A stretch of DNA of 64,000 nucleotides from Tubiluchus corallicola (taxonomy: Eukaryota > Animalia > Priapulida): contig JAQGDQ010000399.1 in assembly GCA_030141605.1 (NCBI GenBank), forward strand, positions 62,001 to 126,000. The letters are read 5' to 3'. Below are positions 1 to 10,708 of the stretch, piece after piece. The notes beneath the pieces were generated by a model that was not told the origin of the DNA, ran no database searches, and saw only the letters and a list, made by a program, of their open reading frames with translations. The position numbers and the translations under genes are program-made. Each line of letters begins with the position of its first letter. The first letter of the stretch is position 1.

Positions 1-373
1 ACACATATAAAACACTACATTCTTGTATTACATCAATTCTTGCGTCAGTTCAAAATTTTTATTCCAGGAGCTGGAATTATCATGTATTTTTATTAACTGC
101 TCAGACTCAGTTTAGTAAAAGGTTCTGGTTCAACACCTGAAAAACTGAAAAAACGAAATGGTGCGATAGGGTTTGTTTTGCCATTTCCGAAGTTTCTTAC
201 ATCAGTACAAACACTAACAAATTGTATGATAAAACAAAACTCTGCAGTTTCCTAAATCTACCACAAAAAAAACAAAAGCTTGGAATTGTCTCTTTTTTCT
301 GTAAGCACAACTGTATGTCATTTTTCTATGCAATTAAGAACCAAAACAACAAAAAAAAGAGAAACCTCTTTAC

Positions 374-3300
374 CTCCTCTTTTATAGTAAGCACCAATGG
401 GTGGAAGATCCTTCGATACGCCTCTCTTATACACTTTGCCGATCGGTGGTAGTTTTCTTGGTTTACCATCAACCAAATTTGGTTTTTGAGGAATACTATT
501 ATCAACAATCTTGGCATTTTGTTCTTTTAACCTTGGGGAATTACTATGTTTGAGTCTTGATTGAACATTCGACATTTTCGGGCGCTTTGAGTCAGATAAC
601 CCTACATCAGAGCCAGTACGCTTAATGGGACTGGGATGATATTCTAGTTGTTTACGTTGTGATGTTCCTTCTTTTTTGGGATGTATTTTCTCTTGGCTGT
701 CGTTCACTTCTAGAATGTCAATGTCCTTATATTTATGCTTCGTACTTCTGTTGTTTGGTGCCATTTTTCTTGAACTGTGTTCTGAAGCAGACCTTTTTGC
801 CAGAAGAGCTTCAAGTTCAGCAATTTCCCTCTTCTTGGCTTCTAGCATTTCGTTGATATCGACAGCCTTGTTTTCTAATTCTTGCACTTTTCCAGATTGT
901 ACACCATAATCCCTATCGACAGAATTATCTCTTTTATGTGATTTCTTTTCGCCACGATGACTAGAAAAACCTGCATGCTTAGTACCGTCAGTCGATTTTG
1001 TTTTTAAGCTACAAACATTGCTCGAAACTTGTTTGTCATTTCTACTGACATCAGATTTCGATGACACAACAGGCTTCTTTTGTTCAAGTTTATTGCTAGA
1101 TTTTCCATGAGACTGTTTGTGAGCTGAATTAAGTCTTAACTGAGAATTAGAAAACGCCTTTAATTTACTACCTGAAGACTGTTCGGAAGCATCATTACCC
1201 GTAGAGCTAATACATTTTTTTGACTTATTATCCTGATGATATTTTGAACTGCTACCGTTAGCACTGCTAGCAACATTTTTTATTCTACCTCCCGACGAAA
1301 GTTTAGAACTGCTGTTACCAGTGCCACTTGTAAACTGTTTGTATTTGTCACTTGAGGAATATTTAGAACTGCTGCTTGTAGAATTGCTCAAAGACTGTTT
1401 TTGTTTGTCACCTGACGAACGCTTAGAAGTATTGGTATTAGAACTACTAGTAGATTCTTTTGGTTTGTCATGAGATGAATGTTTTGAAATGTGGTTGTGC
1501 AATTTGCTACTAGTACTAACACTGGATTTGCGGTGTTTGCTGGCTGTCAAGAAAACTGTAGATGAAATGTTGCTGTCTTTGCCATGCTCCGATTTAGTGG
1601 ACTTTCTGTCTATAGTTGCTTGTCCTTCGCCTTTTCTATCAGTTGAATTGGAAGAACTCACTGAATGCTTGAAAATTTCTTTCTTTTCATACCTGTCTTT
1701 TGCTTGTTTTTCATGCTCTCTCCGACTTGAATCAGCTGGTTTATTTTCTTTAGCAGAGTTTTTACTAGAAGAGAGACTATGAGATCTATCACTTTCTTGT
1801 CTTGATATGTGATTAAATTTGGCACTATCCCCAGACTTGTTAGCCATGCGGCCAGAACGAGATTTACGACTTAATCTTTCCTTATCTCTATTAGTTTTCG
1901 GTACATTTTTGGGGGAATGACATTCTCCACCTTCTGATTCAGATGCAGAGTCGCTAATTTCATGCCGTGTCTGTCTCTCACTGTACCTGTCTACCTTTAA
2001 TTTACCACGTTGATGCATATTAATATCTGTCTTCATCTTTTTGCTAAGCCCACTACTAGGTTTTGCGTCGGCACCTCTTTTTCGTGACTGCTCCTCCTCT
2101 CTTCTACGTCGTCTTGCCTGCTCCACTAGTTTCATTTCCTCTTGCTCTTTCTTTGTCAGCAATCGCCTCTCTGGTGAAGCCTTTTTCTGCACAACAGGAG
2201 GCTCTGGAATTGGCTCATGTTGCTTTTTTTCAGCGAGCTTCAGCAGCTGTTTGAAGTCCATTGCAGAGGGAGGAGGAGGGCGCCGTTTTGGCTTGGGTTT
2301 CTTCTCAACTTTTGCAGGTTTATCGCTGTTATCATCTTCATTATCAGACTCCTCACTAATCATGTGATCATTGAGCATTTTTGTTTTATTCTTGCTTAGA
2401 ATGCGATCGACTTCCTCTTTTCGCACTTTCTTCGAGGGCAGCTTCTCCAGTGCTGGAACGTGTACATTTTTGCCTATATGTCTGGATACGTCATACGATT
2501 TGCGAGGCGTTTCTTTAGACCTGTTAGATTTCTTGCTTTTAACAGGGTGGCCGGTTATTTCACTCTCGATGCATTCCAGACGTTCATTCTTAATTCTTTC
2601 CACCTGAATAAGAAAACAGTTTTTACAGTGCTTGTTTGTTTGTTTGTTTGTTTGTTTAAATCTGTTAGTCTTTGAATCATCAGAGTTTAATCTTTATTAA
2701 AAAACATTAAAATATTAACAATAAAGTATAAAATGTAAAACAGGATAAAACAATATACAGCAGAAATGTAAATTTACAAATAAAAATGGCTAGTTAAAAG
2801 ATTATGGTTAAAAGAGCAAAGAGCCATGGCTACTTGCACATGCTTGTTAAGAGATAAATGATTGTTGAGATTTACATCTTTTAAATGTTTTTGAAAAAGT
2901 TTACTACTCTGAGCACAGACACAGGAGCACTGCCTACAGACTCAGTGAGAAGATTCCAGACTTTAATTATTCTGTTTGAGAGAAAAGTTTTAAAACAATC
3001 AAGTATGCAATGGTTCAGCTTTAACCAGCACAAGTGAAAAACACAATTAATGCTCATAATTAGCACAAAAAATGTACACCAGGGTAAACAGTACGCCCCA
3101 AGCTTATATACCTACAAGCTACTTACCCTTCACAGTTCACATACACTTTAGTTTAAAATCAATACCCGCCATGCTGACAAATATAACAAGGTGATAAACG
3201 TTGAAAAAACGAAATGTTTAACTATTACTCCCCCTAGTATGTGTCAGTTCTGTAATCTGTGTTCTTGGGATTGTAGCTTGTAGTATTATTCGTCAAAGCA

Positions 3301-6300
3301 AGACTGAGAACTATTTTGGCCACATAATTTTCAGAGATAATTGGGACGATCTTAATGTTATTAAGTAATGAAGTGTTTACTATGATACAGCAAATAGCAT
3401 CTTGGGAAAATTTTGTCTTTGTACCAAAAGTGTTCAAAACTCGTTCGTTCAATTCGTATAGCACCTTATTCTATGGTGTGGCAACATAGAGGCATTTTTA
3501 CAATTACAGTTTAAATAAACTTAAAGTAGATCATAATATCTCGAAGCAGTAGCTACTCAATTATTCACATGATGACAGTGCTAGAACTATTTCAGTAAAT
3601 CATAATGTTGTGAAATTTGATGTTACATAGGAAACTGACTTAGAGAACTTTTGCATATAAGGGTAATATCTCGTTTAAATTCCCTAATTAAAGATTTACC
3701 CAAAAGTGAAGTGGTTTTCACTTCTAACATTAGAAAACAGTGGAGGAAAAAATTATATAGAAGTATGGTTAGACGAAGCCAGCAGTTGCCATATTAGACA
3801 TACTTTGATGCTGAGCATCGTACGACAATTTTCTGCTGTATATATATATATATATGTTGCATGTAATGTTGTAAACAGTGTCTAATTGTGGCAGGGATAA
3901 GCAGATCAGCTAGTTTCTCAGTTTGCAATAAACTTAATCAGCAAATTTGCAAATCCAATCTGGTCCGCAACTCTCTTTATGTTTAATAATGAATCCGATC
4001 TGCAAAAAACGTTAAGGATCTTGGTCCAATCCAGTCCGCAGGACTGTGGTACGTTCCTCCCTGGTTGTGGCGTTATGTTTTTTTTAAACGTAACTATGTT
4101 TTTTTTGTGAGTAACTATGGGCTTGACTAGAAATAAAGCATTAAATCAAATCAAATCAATAGTGAAATGACAAGAACAATAATAACCTAAATGATAAGTT
4201 TCAATGATACTGCAATACCACACCTTTTCTTGGAATTTTCTCATTTCCTCCTCATAATTTTGTACGTCTCTTTTGTTGATCCGTAGATCCACCTTGTTTT
4301 TGAGATTGTCTTTGGTTCTTGAAGCCATGGAGTGGGCTGTGCGTCCCTTGTTCGCAGCTTGCCTAGCCGCAAGTAGCTCCGATTTTTTACGCAGAAATTC
4401 GTACTCTGTAAACATTAATAAAGTAAACCTAGAGGCAGGTAATGCATAGTCTAAAAAAATAGTTTAGAATATAAATCCAAAATTTATATCTATCCACAAG
4501 AAAAGTTTCCTCCAAAGTCTCCAACTCCTAATTTGAAACCTGCACTTACTAAAACAGGTTTAAAAGCTTAAAAGCAAAGCATAATTATTGCATTACCGAT
4601 ATAGTGAAACAATGGAGCACATTGAAGATAATACAAAAATCAACAGCAAGTAGGTCTGAAATGAGTGTACTAGCTTCAGGAACCTTCTACATTCTTTACA
4701 TGAGGATCATTTACAACATTGGCATCAGTTCTTAACAGACCTTGATTCAGTGGTCTGTGATTTTTACTCCTAGTATGTATAGGTACATACTCCACTATCA
4801 TGTTAGCATCACAGTCACTTGGACCACATTTAGTATAAGCAACATCCCACAAAATCTTATTGTTAAAATTGGAAGGATATTATTTTAAACAGTGTTGGCA
4901 TCAATGCTGTCATTGTCAACAATTGCCATCATTATCATCATCATCACGGTCATCATCATCATCATCGTCACTATCATTATCGCGACCTTCCACCTTTTAA
5001 CTGCAACTCGTTAGGTGTAGGCAATAGAATGAGACACTGACCCTTAATCTTTGACCTTACACCACCTACTATAGTTCTGCCTAATGTTGAGGAAAAAATG
5101 AATGTGAAATGTAGAAAGCCCTGGTATCATCTCATCCCTGACAGGGGAGGGCAAATAATACTCCTGAAATTTTTAGTTTCTAGGCACCAAAGTTAAATTA
5201 TCAAAAAATTAAGGCAAAAAAGTAAAAAAGTTAAGGTAATTTCTGAGTACCTAAGCAATAATAGCATAAGTAAACTTAGTAATTACTAAGTTTTCTTATG
5301 CTATTATTGCAGTTCATAGCTGGTATTTATATATATATATAAATATGTTCTTTTGTACCCATGACGAAAGTCCAATACACTAAAATGTGCTTAACTTTCA
5401 ATAATTGTAATACCCTTTACTGCATGCACCATAATTGTAAAATACATCGTGAGACTCATAAAACACTACTGTATTACTGAGAGTAGTACAACTAATTGTG
5501 TTATGTTTGGTACTGATGGCAAAGAAAACCAAGCGATTTGAAAAATTGCTTGTGAATTTGCAGAGTGTGTGAGAAATAAAATTTGACACGTGCGCTTGTG
5601 AAAAACTCAAAGTGTACATAATACAATGCCAATGCATGAAATTTGGCAGGTCTGCTGCTAGAGCTTACCCAGTACACACTAGTATCTGCCATGCTATAGC
5701 ATCTAGCAGATACAGAAAATGACTGATAGGGCATACATAGCATAAAAACCCATAAAACATTTTTATTTTTAACACATATTAAGATAACCCAAGAATTATA
5801 AAAACACTCTACTGGCTAAAAACTTAGTCAGTAAATAGATTAGTACTCTATTCTGCACAAACCATCTAACATTATAAATATTATTTTGTGTAAAATAAAT
5901 TGGTGGTATCTACCTACCCTTTTTCTTTTCTTCATGCTCTTTGCGCTTGAGAAAGGCAGAAATCGCATCCGATTGTACCTTTGATCGAGGTTCTTTCTTT
6001 GCAGGGCTGATTTTTGAATTGAAATAAGCAGTTTTCTGAAAAGACGTAGTAATTTATTAAGTACCGGTGATTTACATAATTCCATAAAATTTAATTCAGC
6101 ATAAATTTAGATTTTAAATTTTATCTGTACATTTCCTCCTTCATTTCCAGCAACCTCAAATCATTCTGCTTTCCACAACTTCTTTTGCCCTCCTGGTGTT
6201 TCTGCTACAGCCTGCTGCCTCAACCCTCCCACAGGCCTTGCCTCAACTCTCCCCTGCCTCTTCAGCCTTCATTACACGACCATACCATCTTCACCTATAC

Positions 6301-9300
6301 TTTCTCAACCCCCCCCCCCAGGCCTTGCCTCAACTCTCCCCTGCCTCTTCGGCCTTCCCTATATGACCATACCATCAGCTACGCTGCCTCAACCCTCCCC
6401 CAGGCCTTGCCTCAACTCTCCCCTGCCTCTTCAGCCTTCATTACATGACCATACCATCGTCACCTATACTGCCTCAACCCTCCCCCAGGCCTTGCCTCAA
6501 CTCTCCCCTGCCTCTTCAGCCTTCATTACATGACCATACCATCTTCACCTATACTGCCTCAACCCTCCACCAGGCCTTGCCTCAACTCTCTGCTGCCTCT
6601 TCAACCTTCATTACATGACCATACCATCTTCACCTATACTGCCTCAACCCTTCGCCAGGCCTTGCCTCAACGCCTCAACTCTCCCCTGCCTCTTCAGCCT
6701 TCATTACATGACCATACCATCTTCACCTATACTGCCTCAACTCCCCCCCCCCCCAGTCCTTGCCTCAATTCTTCCCTGCCTCTTCAGCCTTCACTATATG
6801 ACCATACCATCTGCAGCTACGCTGCCTCAACTTGTCATCAATCTCCTGCTCACCAGCCGGTCCATCAATACCCACGTCATTGCTCCAGAATGCCGCACCC
6901 ATCAGTGCTGGTACCGGTTAACAAGTTAATTTTTTTAACTGGTTAATCAATCTTTATAAAGGTGGACTCTAAAGTTCCTCTAACATGTTCTGTCACTGTC
7001 AGGGCTTACTCACAGAATCCAATCAATCATTGGTTCTATATGGGAAAGTGTTTCACTTAGTTCAACAATGCTTGGCATCCCTACAAACAGAGACTTTTCA
7101 CTTTCTATGTAGACTTTCTATATATAATGAAGTCTAGCTCGAAATATTGCTTGTTAGATTCAATACCAACTACACTGCTTAAAAACTGCATTGATGATTT
7201 AATAGCACCAATTACAAATCTGGTTAATGAATCACTGACAATGGGTCATTTTCCAAAAAATTGTAAATGCGCTGTAGTCAGGCCACTTTTGAAGAAAAAA
7301 GGCATTGAGTTGGTCTACAAGAACCATAGACCAATTAGCAACCTGCCTTTTCTTTCAGAAGTGATAGAGGCAGCAGTTTTAAACCAGTACATAGAACATC
7401 TTGAGCGCAATGACCTGTATTTCACACGGAATTCAGCATATAAAAATATCACAGCATTGAGACTTTATTAGTTAAAATTAATTCTGATATAATGAACAAC
7501 ATGAACAGACAACATGTAACATTGGTAGCGCTATTAGACCTGAGGACAGCCTTTGATGCTGTTGATTTTGACATTTTAGCTTATACATTTGTTAAGAGGC
7601 TTAATATTTCTGGAAATGAGATGAGCTGGTTCCAAACCTACCTTACCAATAGAAAACAGAGGATATTAATTAACAATACTTTGTCGGAATCATTTAGCCT
7701 GAAATATAGGGTGCGTCAGGGAAGCTGCATGGGGCCAGTCACATTCTTAGGCTATCTGAGTTTTCTGTATGATATTATTGCAAAACATCTTCCTATGGTT
7801 AGCAGTCTTACTGATGATCATCAACTTTATCTGGCCCAAGCCATCAACATCTCAAGTTCAAAATGATGCTATTCAAGCCATGGAACAGTGCATCAATGAT
7901 GTTCGAGCATGGATGCTTGCTCATTGTTTAAAAATCAATGATGAAAAAACAGAAATTTATTGTAATTGATACCATGCAGCAGCTAGAAAAACTTTCTGAT
8001 GTTATAATAAAAATAGGGAAATCTGAAATAGAACTGCACACCAAGGATGTAATTTAGGGGTTATCTTTGATGCAAATATGTCAATTGGTTTTCACATCAA
8101 TAACGTTTGCAAAAAGTCTTATGCTCAATTAACAAGAATTAGACAGATTTGCAAATACCTAAACAGGATTTCTACCGAGGCTCTGATTCATTTCTTTATA
8201 AGTTCGACTCTGGACTACTATAATGCATTGCTGCTCAATGTATCAAAAAATCTATAAACAAACTATAAAAAATAAAGTACATAACTCCAACATTACGGGC
8301 CCTACACTGGCTTCCTGTGCCATCTAGAATCAAATTGAAAATTGATGTGCTGGCATTTAAATGTTTACATGGTCAAGCCTTGTGCTATCTTGCAGAACTG
8401 ATTAGTGTCTATGCGCCATCCTAAAACTTAAAGCACAACAAAACCCTCCACTTACATAAAGCCTAAAAAATTAAATTTTGTACTACTTATATACTGTTTT
8501 TTTGCACACGAGACGTGCATCGGCAGTAACGCTGTATAAAAAATGAAAATTTAAACTCCTGCATTAGAAGCAGTCATTTTGGCAATAAATCATCTGAAAC
8601 AGGTTTGGATAACACTGAGTAAAGTTTGAAAAATAATCAGAGCATTCATAGCGCACATGTCACTAAGTAAAAAAAAATTTAAAATACAGTATCTCATCAA
8701 TAGATTAAAATACATTTTTTGGTTAGTGAATGGTGCACCCTGGAGGTTAAATCAGTGATTTTTACCAATTGATGAAAACATTTTAAATAATTAATAACTT
8801 TTTTCTAGTTATATAACTTATAAGTCTCTCAAGCAGGCAAGCGAGTCTTCTCTACCCACACATGTTGGACATCTGAAATTTTTATTCCTCTAAATCTCAA
8901 TCCTAAACATCTTTTGTGAAACCTTTCACTACACCTGAATTAATTCCAGCTCCTTTTCAACAACGCGCACAAAAAGTCCAATATCCACGTAGCAAGGTGA
9001 AACAGCAGTAGTATATATACAACACAACTAATTATTACAACCACTTACATACTGTCATGGTTATACTGTCATGATTAAGGATTAAGGGAGCACACTCATA
9101 GAAAAAACATATTTTTTCACAAACTACTGGTAATACTAATGTTAATTGTAAATAATTATTAAAGATTTTAACTTTTCTAGACTTAACAGAAGGCAAAAAT
9201 AAAGCCATAATAATCTCAGCTTATCTGCTGATCGTAAATAAACTGACTGTGAAGTAACTTCAACCCTACCAATGACCTACATAACCTAGTATACGCCTTC

Positions 9301-9444
9301 ATATAAGAAAGATGGATACTCTGTGACACTGTGCCTGTAAAAGTGTACTCATCAGCAAATATAAATATACAAATTTACCTTTTTATCTACTGCGCTATCA
9401 TTCTGTTGTTTGTCTGCAAGTTCTAGTAGATAATTGAAATCCAT
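374..9444 (-). CDS. SPTY2D1: Protein SPT2 homolog (histone chaperone), 5' part; C-terminal exons lie outside the window
   Basis: Exons 9444-9379 (MDFNYLLELADKQQNDSAVDKK), 6035-5918 (KTAYFNSKISPAKKEPRSKVQSDAISAFLKRKEHEEKKK), 4405-4224 (EYEFLRKKSELLAAR..AHSMASRTKDNLK) and 2603-374 (possible alternative donor at 366/365). All junctions are GT-AG with compatible phases 0,1,0. The motifs VQSxAIxAFLKRKE, MAxRTKDN and PPPxMDFxxLLKLAEKKQxEP match metazoan SPT2. Confidence 0.9.
1150..1500 (-). repeat. Coding tandem repeat, 60-bp/20-aa period, about 5-6 degenerate Ser/Lys-rich units in SPT2 exon 4
   Basis: Units SSHDKPKESTSSSNTNTSKR / SSGDKQKQSLSNSTSSSSKY / SSSDKYKQFTSGTGNSSSKL / SSGGRIKNVASSANGSSSKY / HQDNKSKKCISSTGNDASEQ; the DNA aligns at 60-nt spacing. 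Confidence 0.8.
2690..3066 (-). mobile_element. 3' remnant of a CR1/L2-group LINE
   Basis: Minus-strand peptide CFKTFLSNRIIKVWNLLTESVGSAP resembles the FFSNRVVxxWNxLPxxVVxA ORF2 C-terminus, followed by an AT-rich tail with AATAAA near 2695. Confidence 0.65.
3892..4063. mobile_element. Possible hAT-type MITE
   Basis: Ends CAGGGA...TCCCTG, flanked by near-duplicated TTGTGGC; internal repeats of the CCAATCyrGTCCGCA type. Confidence 0.35.
5255..5310. repeat. 56-bp near-perfect palindrome without spacer
   Basis: GCAATAATAGCATAAGTAAACTTAGTAA|TTACTAAGTTTTCTTATGCTATTATTGC; one mismatched pair in 28. Confidence 0.9.
6125..6920 (-). mobile_element. 3' fragment of an RTE-clade LINE, internally expanded into a minisatellite
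   Basis: Minus strand reads EIDDKLRQRSCRWYGHIVKAEE ... PGGQKKLWK ... NDLRLLEMKEEM, matching the RTE ORF2 C-terminal pattern RRLRWxGHV..RGRPKKxW..DL. Confidence 0.65.
6215..6830. repeat. Minisatellite, ~85-bp unit, ~7 copies
   Basis: Unit CTGCCTCAACCCTCCCCCAGGCCTTGCCTCAACTCTCCCCTGCCTCTTCAGCCTTCATTACATGACCATACCATCTTCACCTATA recurs at about 6384, 6469, 6554 and 6639, with further copies either side. Confidence 0.95.
7127..8460 (+). mobile_element. Decayed L2/CR1-group LINE reverse transcriptase fragment, antisense within SPT2 intron 1
   Basis: Broken ORFs with RT motifs LDSIPTTLLK, VRPLLKK, HRPISNLPFLS, LLDLRTAFD, VRQGSCMGP and degenerate xTDDHQLY, then LKINDEKTE and C-terminal HITPTLRALHWLPV. 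Multiple stops and frameshifts. Confidence 0.9.
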
Positions 9445-10514
9445 TCATTAAATAATAATAATAATAATAGACAGCTGCTTCCACACAGAAGCGAAACGAA
9501 AACCATTTCACATAATACAACACAAAGTACTACTGTACCTGGTGTACTGGTGCACAGTGCCATCTCTCGTCTGTAAAGCAAAGCAATAATTTGTGTATTG
9601 TGTCAATACTCACAACAACATTGGAAATGGATTACGTTGAACATTTGTTGCAATGTGCGTTTTTGTGATATGAAATTTTGTAGTGCGTAATGTAGAACTG
9701 TGCTTAAGATTACATTGTCGAATCATTTTGAGATAATTGCCTTCGATGGTAATGTAGCTTTTCCAGGAAAAACGAATTAGCTGACATAGTTTGTTGTATT
9801 ATTATGTTTGAGTTGTTTACACGGATATCGTATCCTGAATTGATGATGATCATCATCTAATACCTTTTAGCAATTACGGAGATATTTTAATATTAATCTG
9901 TTAAAAAGACTGTCACAGATAAACACAGCAGTTAGTCCAGCTAATACTAGATACAGCAATGCCAGCAAGAATATTCTATTACCTATTTTAATATACCGTT
10001 GGCTTGTGAGCTCTACTTTTGTATCCTCGTTATGATTAGTCATTGAATTTGAATATGCGCCTTCTGAAGGCTTAGAAATCTACAGCTAATAGGATAATAG
10101 TAGCAATGATGGCGTTCATCATAACTTTACTTTATATGGAATTAAGTTGTGCTTCTCTTCAGTTCACATTATTTCACCCAGCCAACTATAAAAACGTGAG
10201 CTTTTCAGCATAATTAAAAAAAAACCAAAGAAATGTTACAAATTCTTAGCATGTGCAGGAATGTTCCAGTGTTGCAGTGAAACAATATGGTACTGTCAGT
10301 TTTTGATGCTAGTTTAATCTGTTGCCCCGAACATTGCAAATGTGATCACATATTTTTGCACTATTTCTGCTCATAGAATGCTTGTTTTCATTACTTAAAT
10401 ATTAATATTTATATGATTTCTTTTTAAGTACGGTGGTGGTGATGATAAATAATAATAGTATTTATTGTAATTTAGATACATTTAAAAGTCCTCACTGTTT
10501 ATATGTTTTTGTAG
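9445..10514. promoter_or_regulatory. Shared divergent promoter/leader region between SPT2 (-) and SHIP2 (+)
   Basis: The start codons are only ~1.26 kb apart (9444 and 10709). A splice acceptor TTTTTGTAG ending at 10514 implies a non-coding SHIP2 exon further upstream in this interval. TSSs were not located. Confidence 0.5.
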
Positions 10515-10708
10515 GTACTTCACTGGGATTATTTTGGGTGGAAATTATGTAACATAGAACAAAAATTTGTTGCTTCATAGACCCTGCTCCCACAGAGTTG
10601 CCAGCTTTTACATAACCTATATCTCCAACAGCTGTCAAACTGGGGAATGCAAAGCTAAGTGGACATCGGTCCCGTCGGTATCACAATCCATTCTACATTG
10701 CTGCTGCC

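Noticed and set aside
659-2675. Several plus-strand ORFs overlapping SPT2 exon 4
   Set aside because: Antisense shadows of a low-complexity Ser/Lys-rich coding exon with no recognisable domains.
6215-6830. Regularly spaced repeats as a possible CRISPR array or coding repeat protein
   Set aside because: The units are contiguous with no unique spacers, there are no cas genes, and the context is a eukaryotic intron. The 85-bp period is not a multiple of 3, so the listed ORFs are by-products.
7127-8460. Reverse transcriptase as a retron, DGR or domesticated RT system next to a repeat array
   Set aside because: It is a frameshifted, stop-ridden L2/CR1-type LINE with a degenerate catalytic motif. 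The adjacent repeat derives from a different element on the opposite strand.
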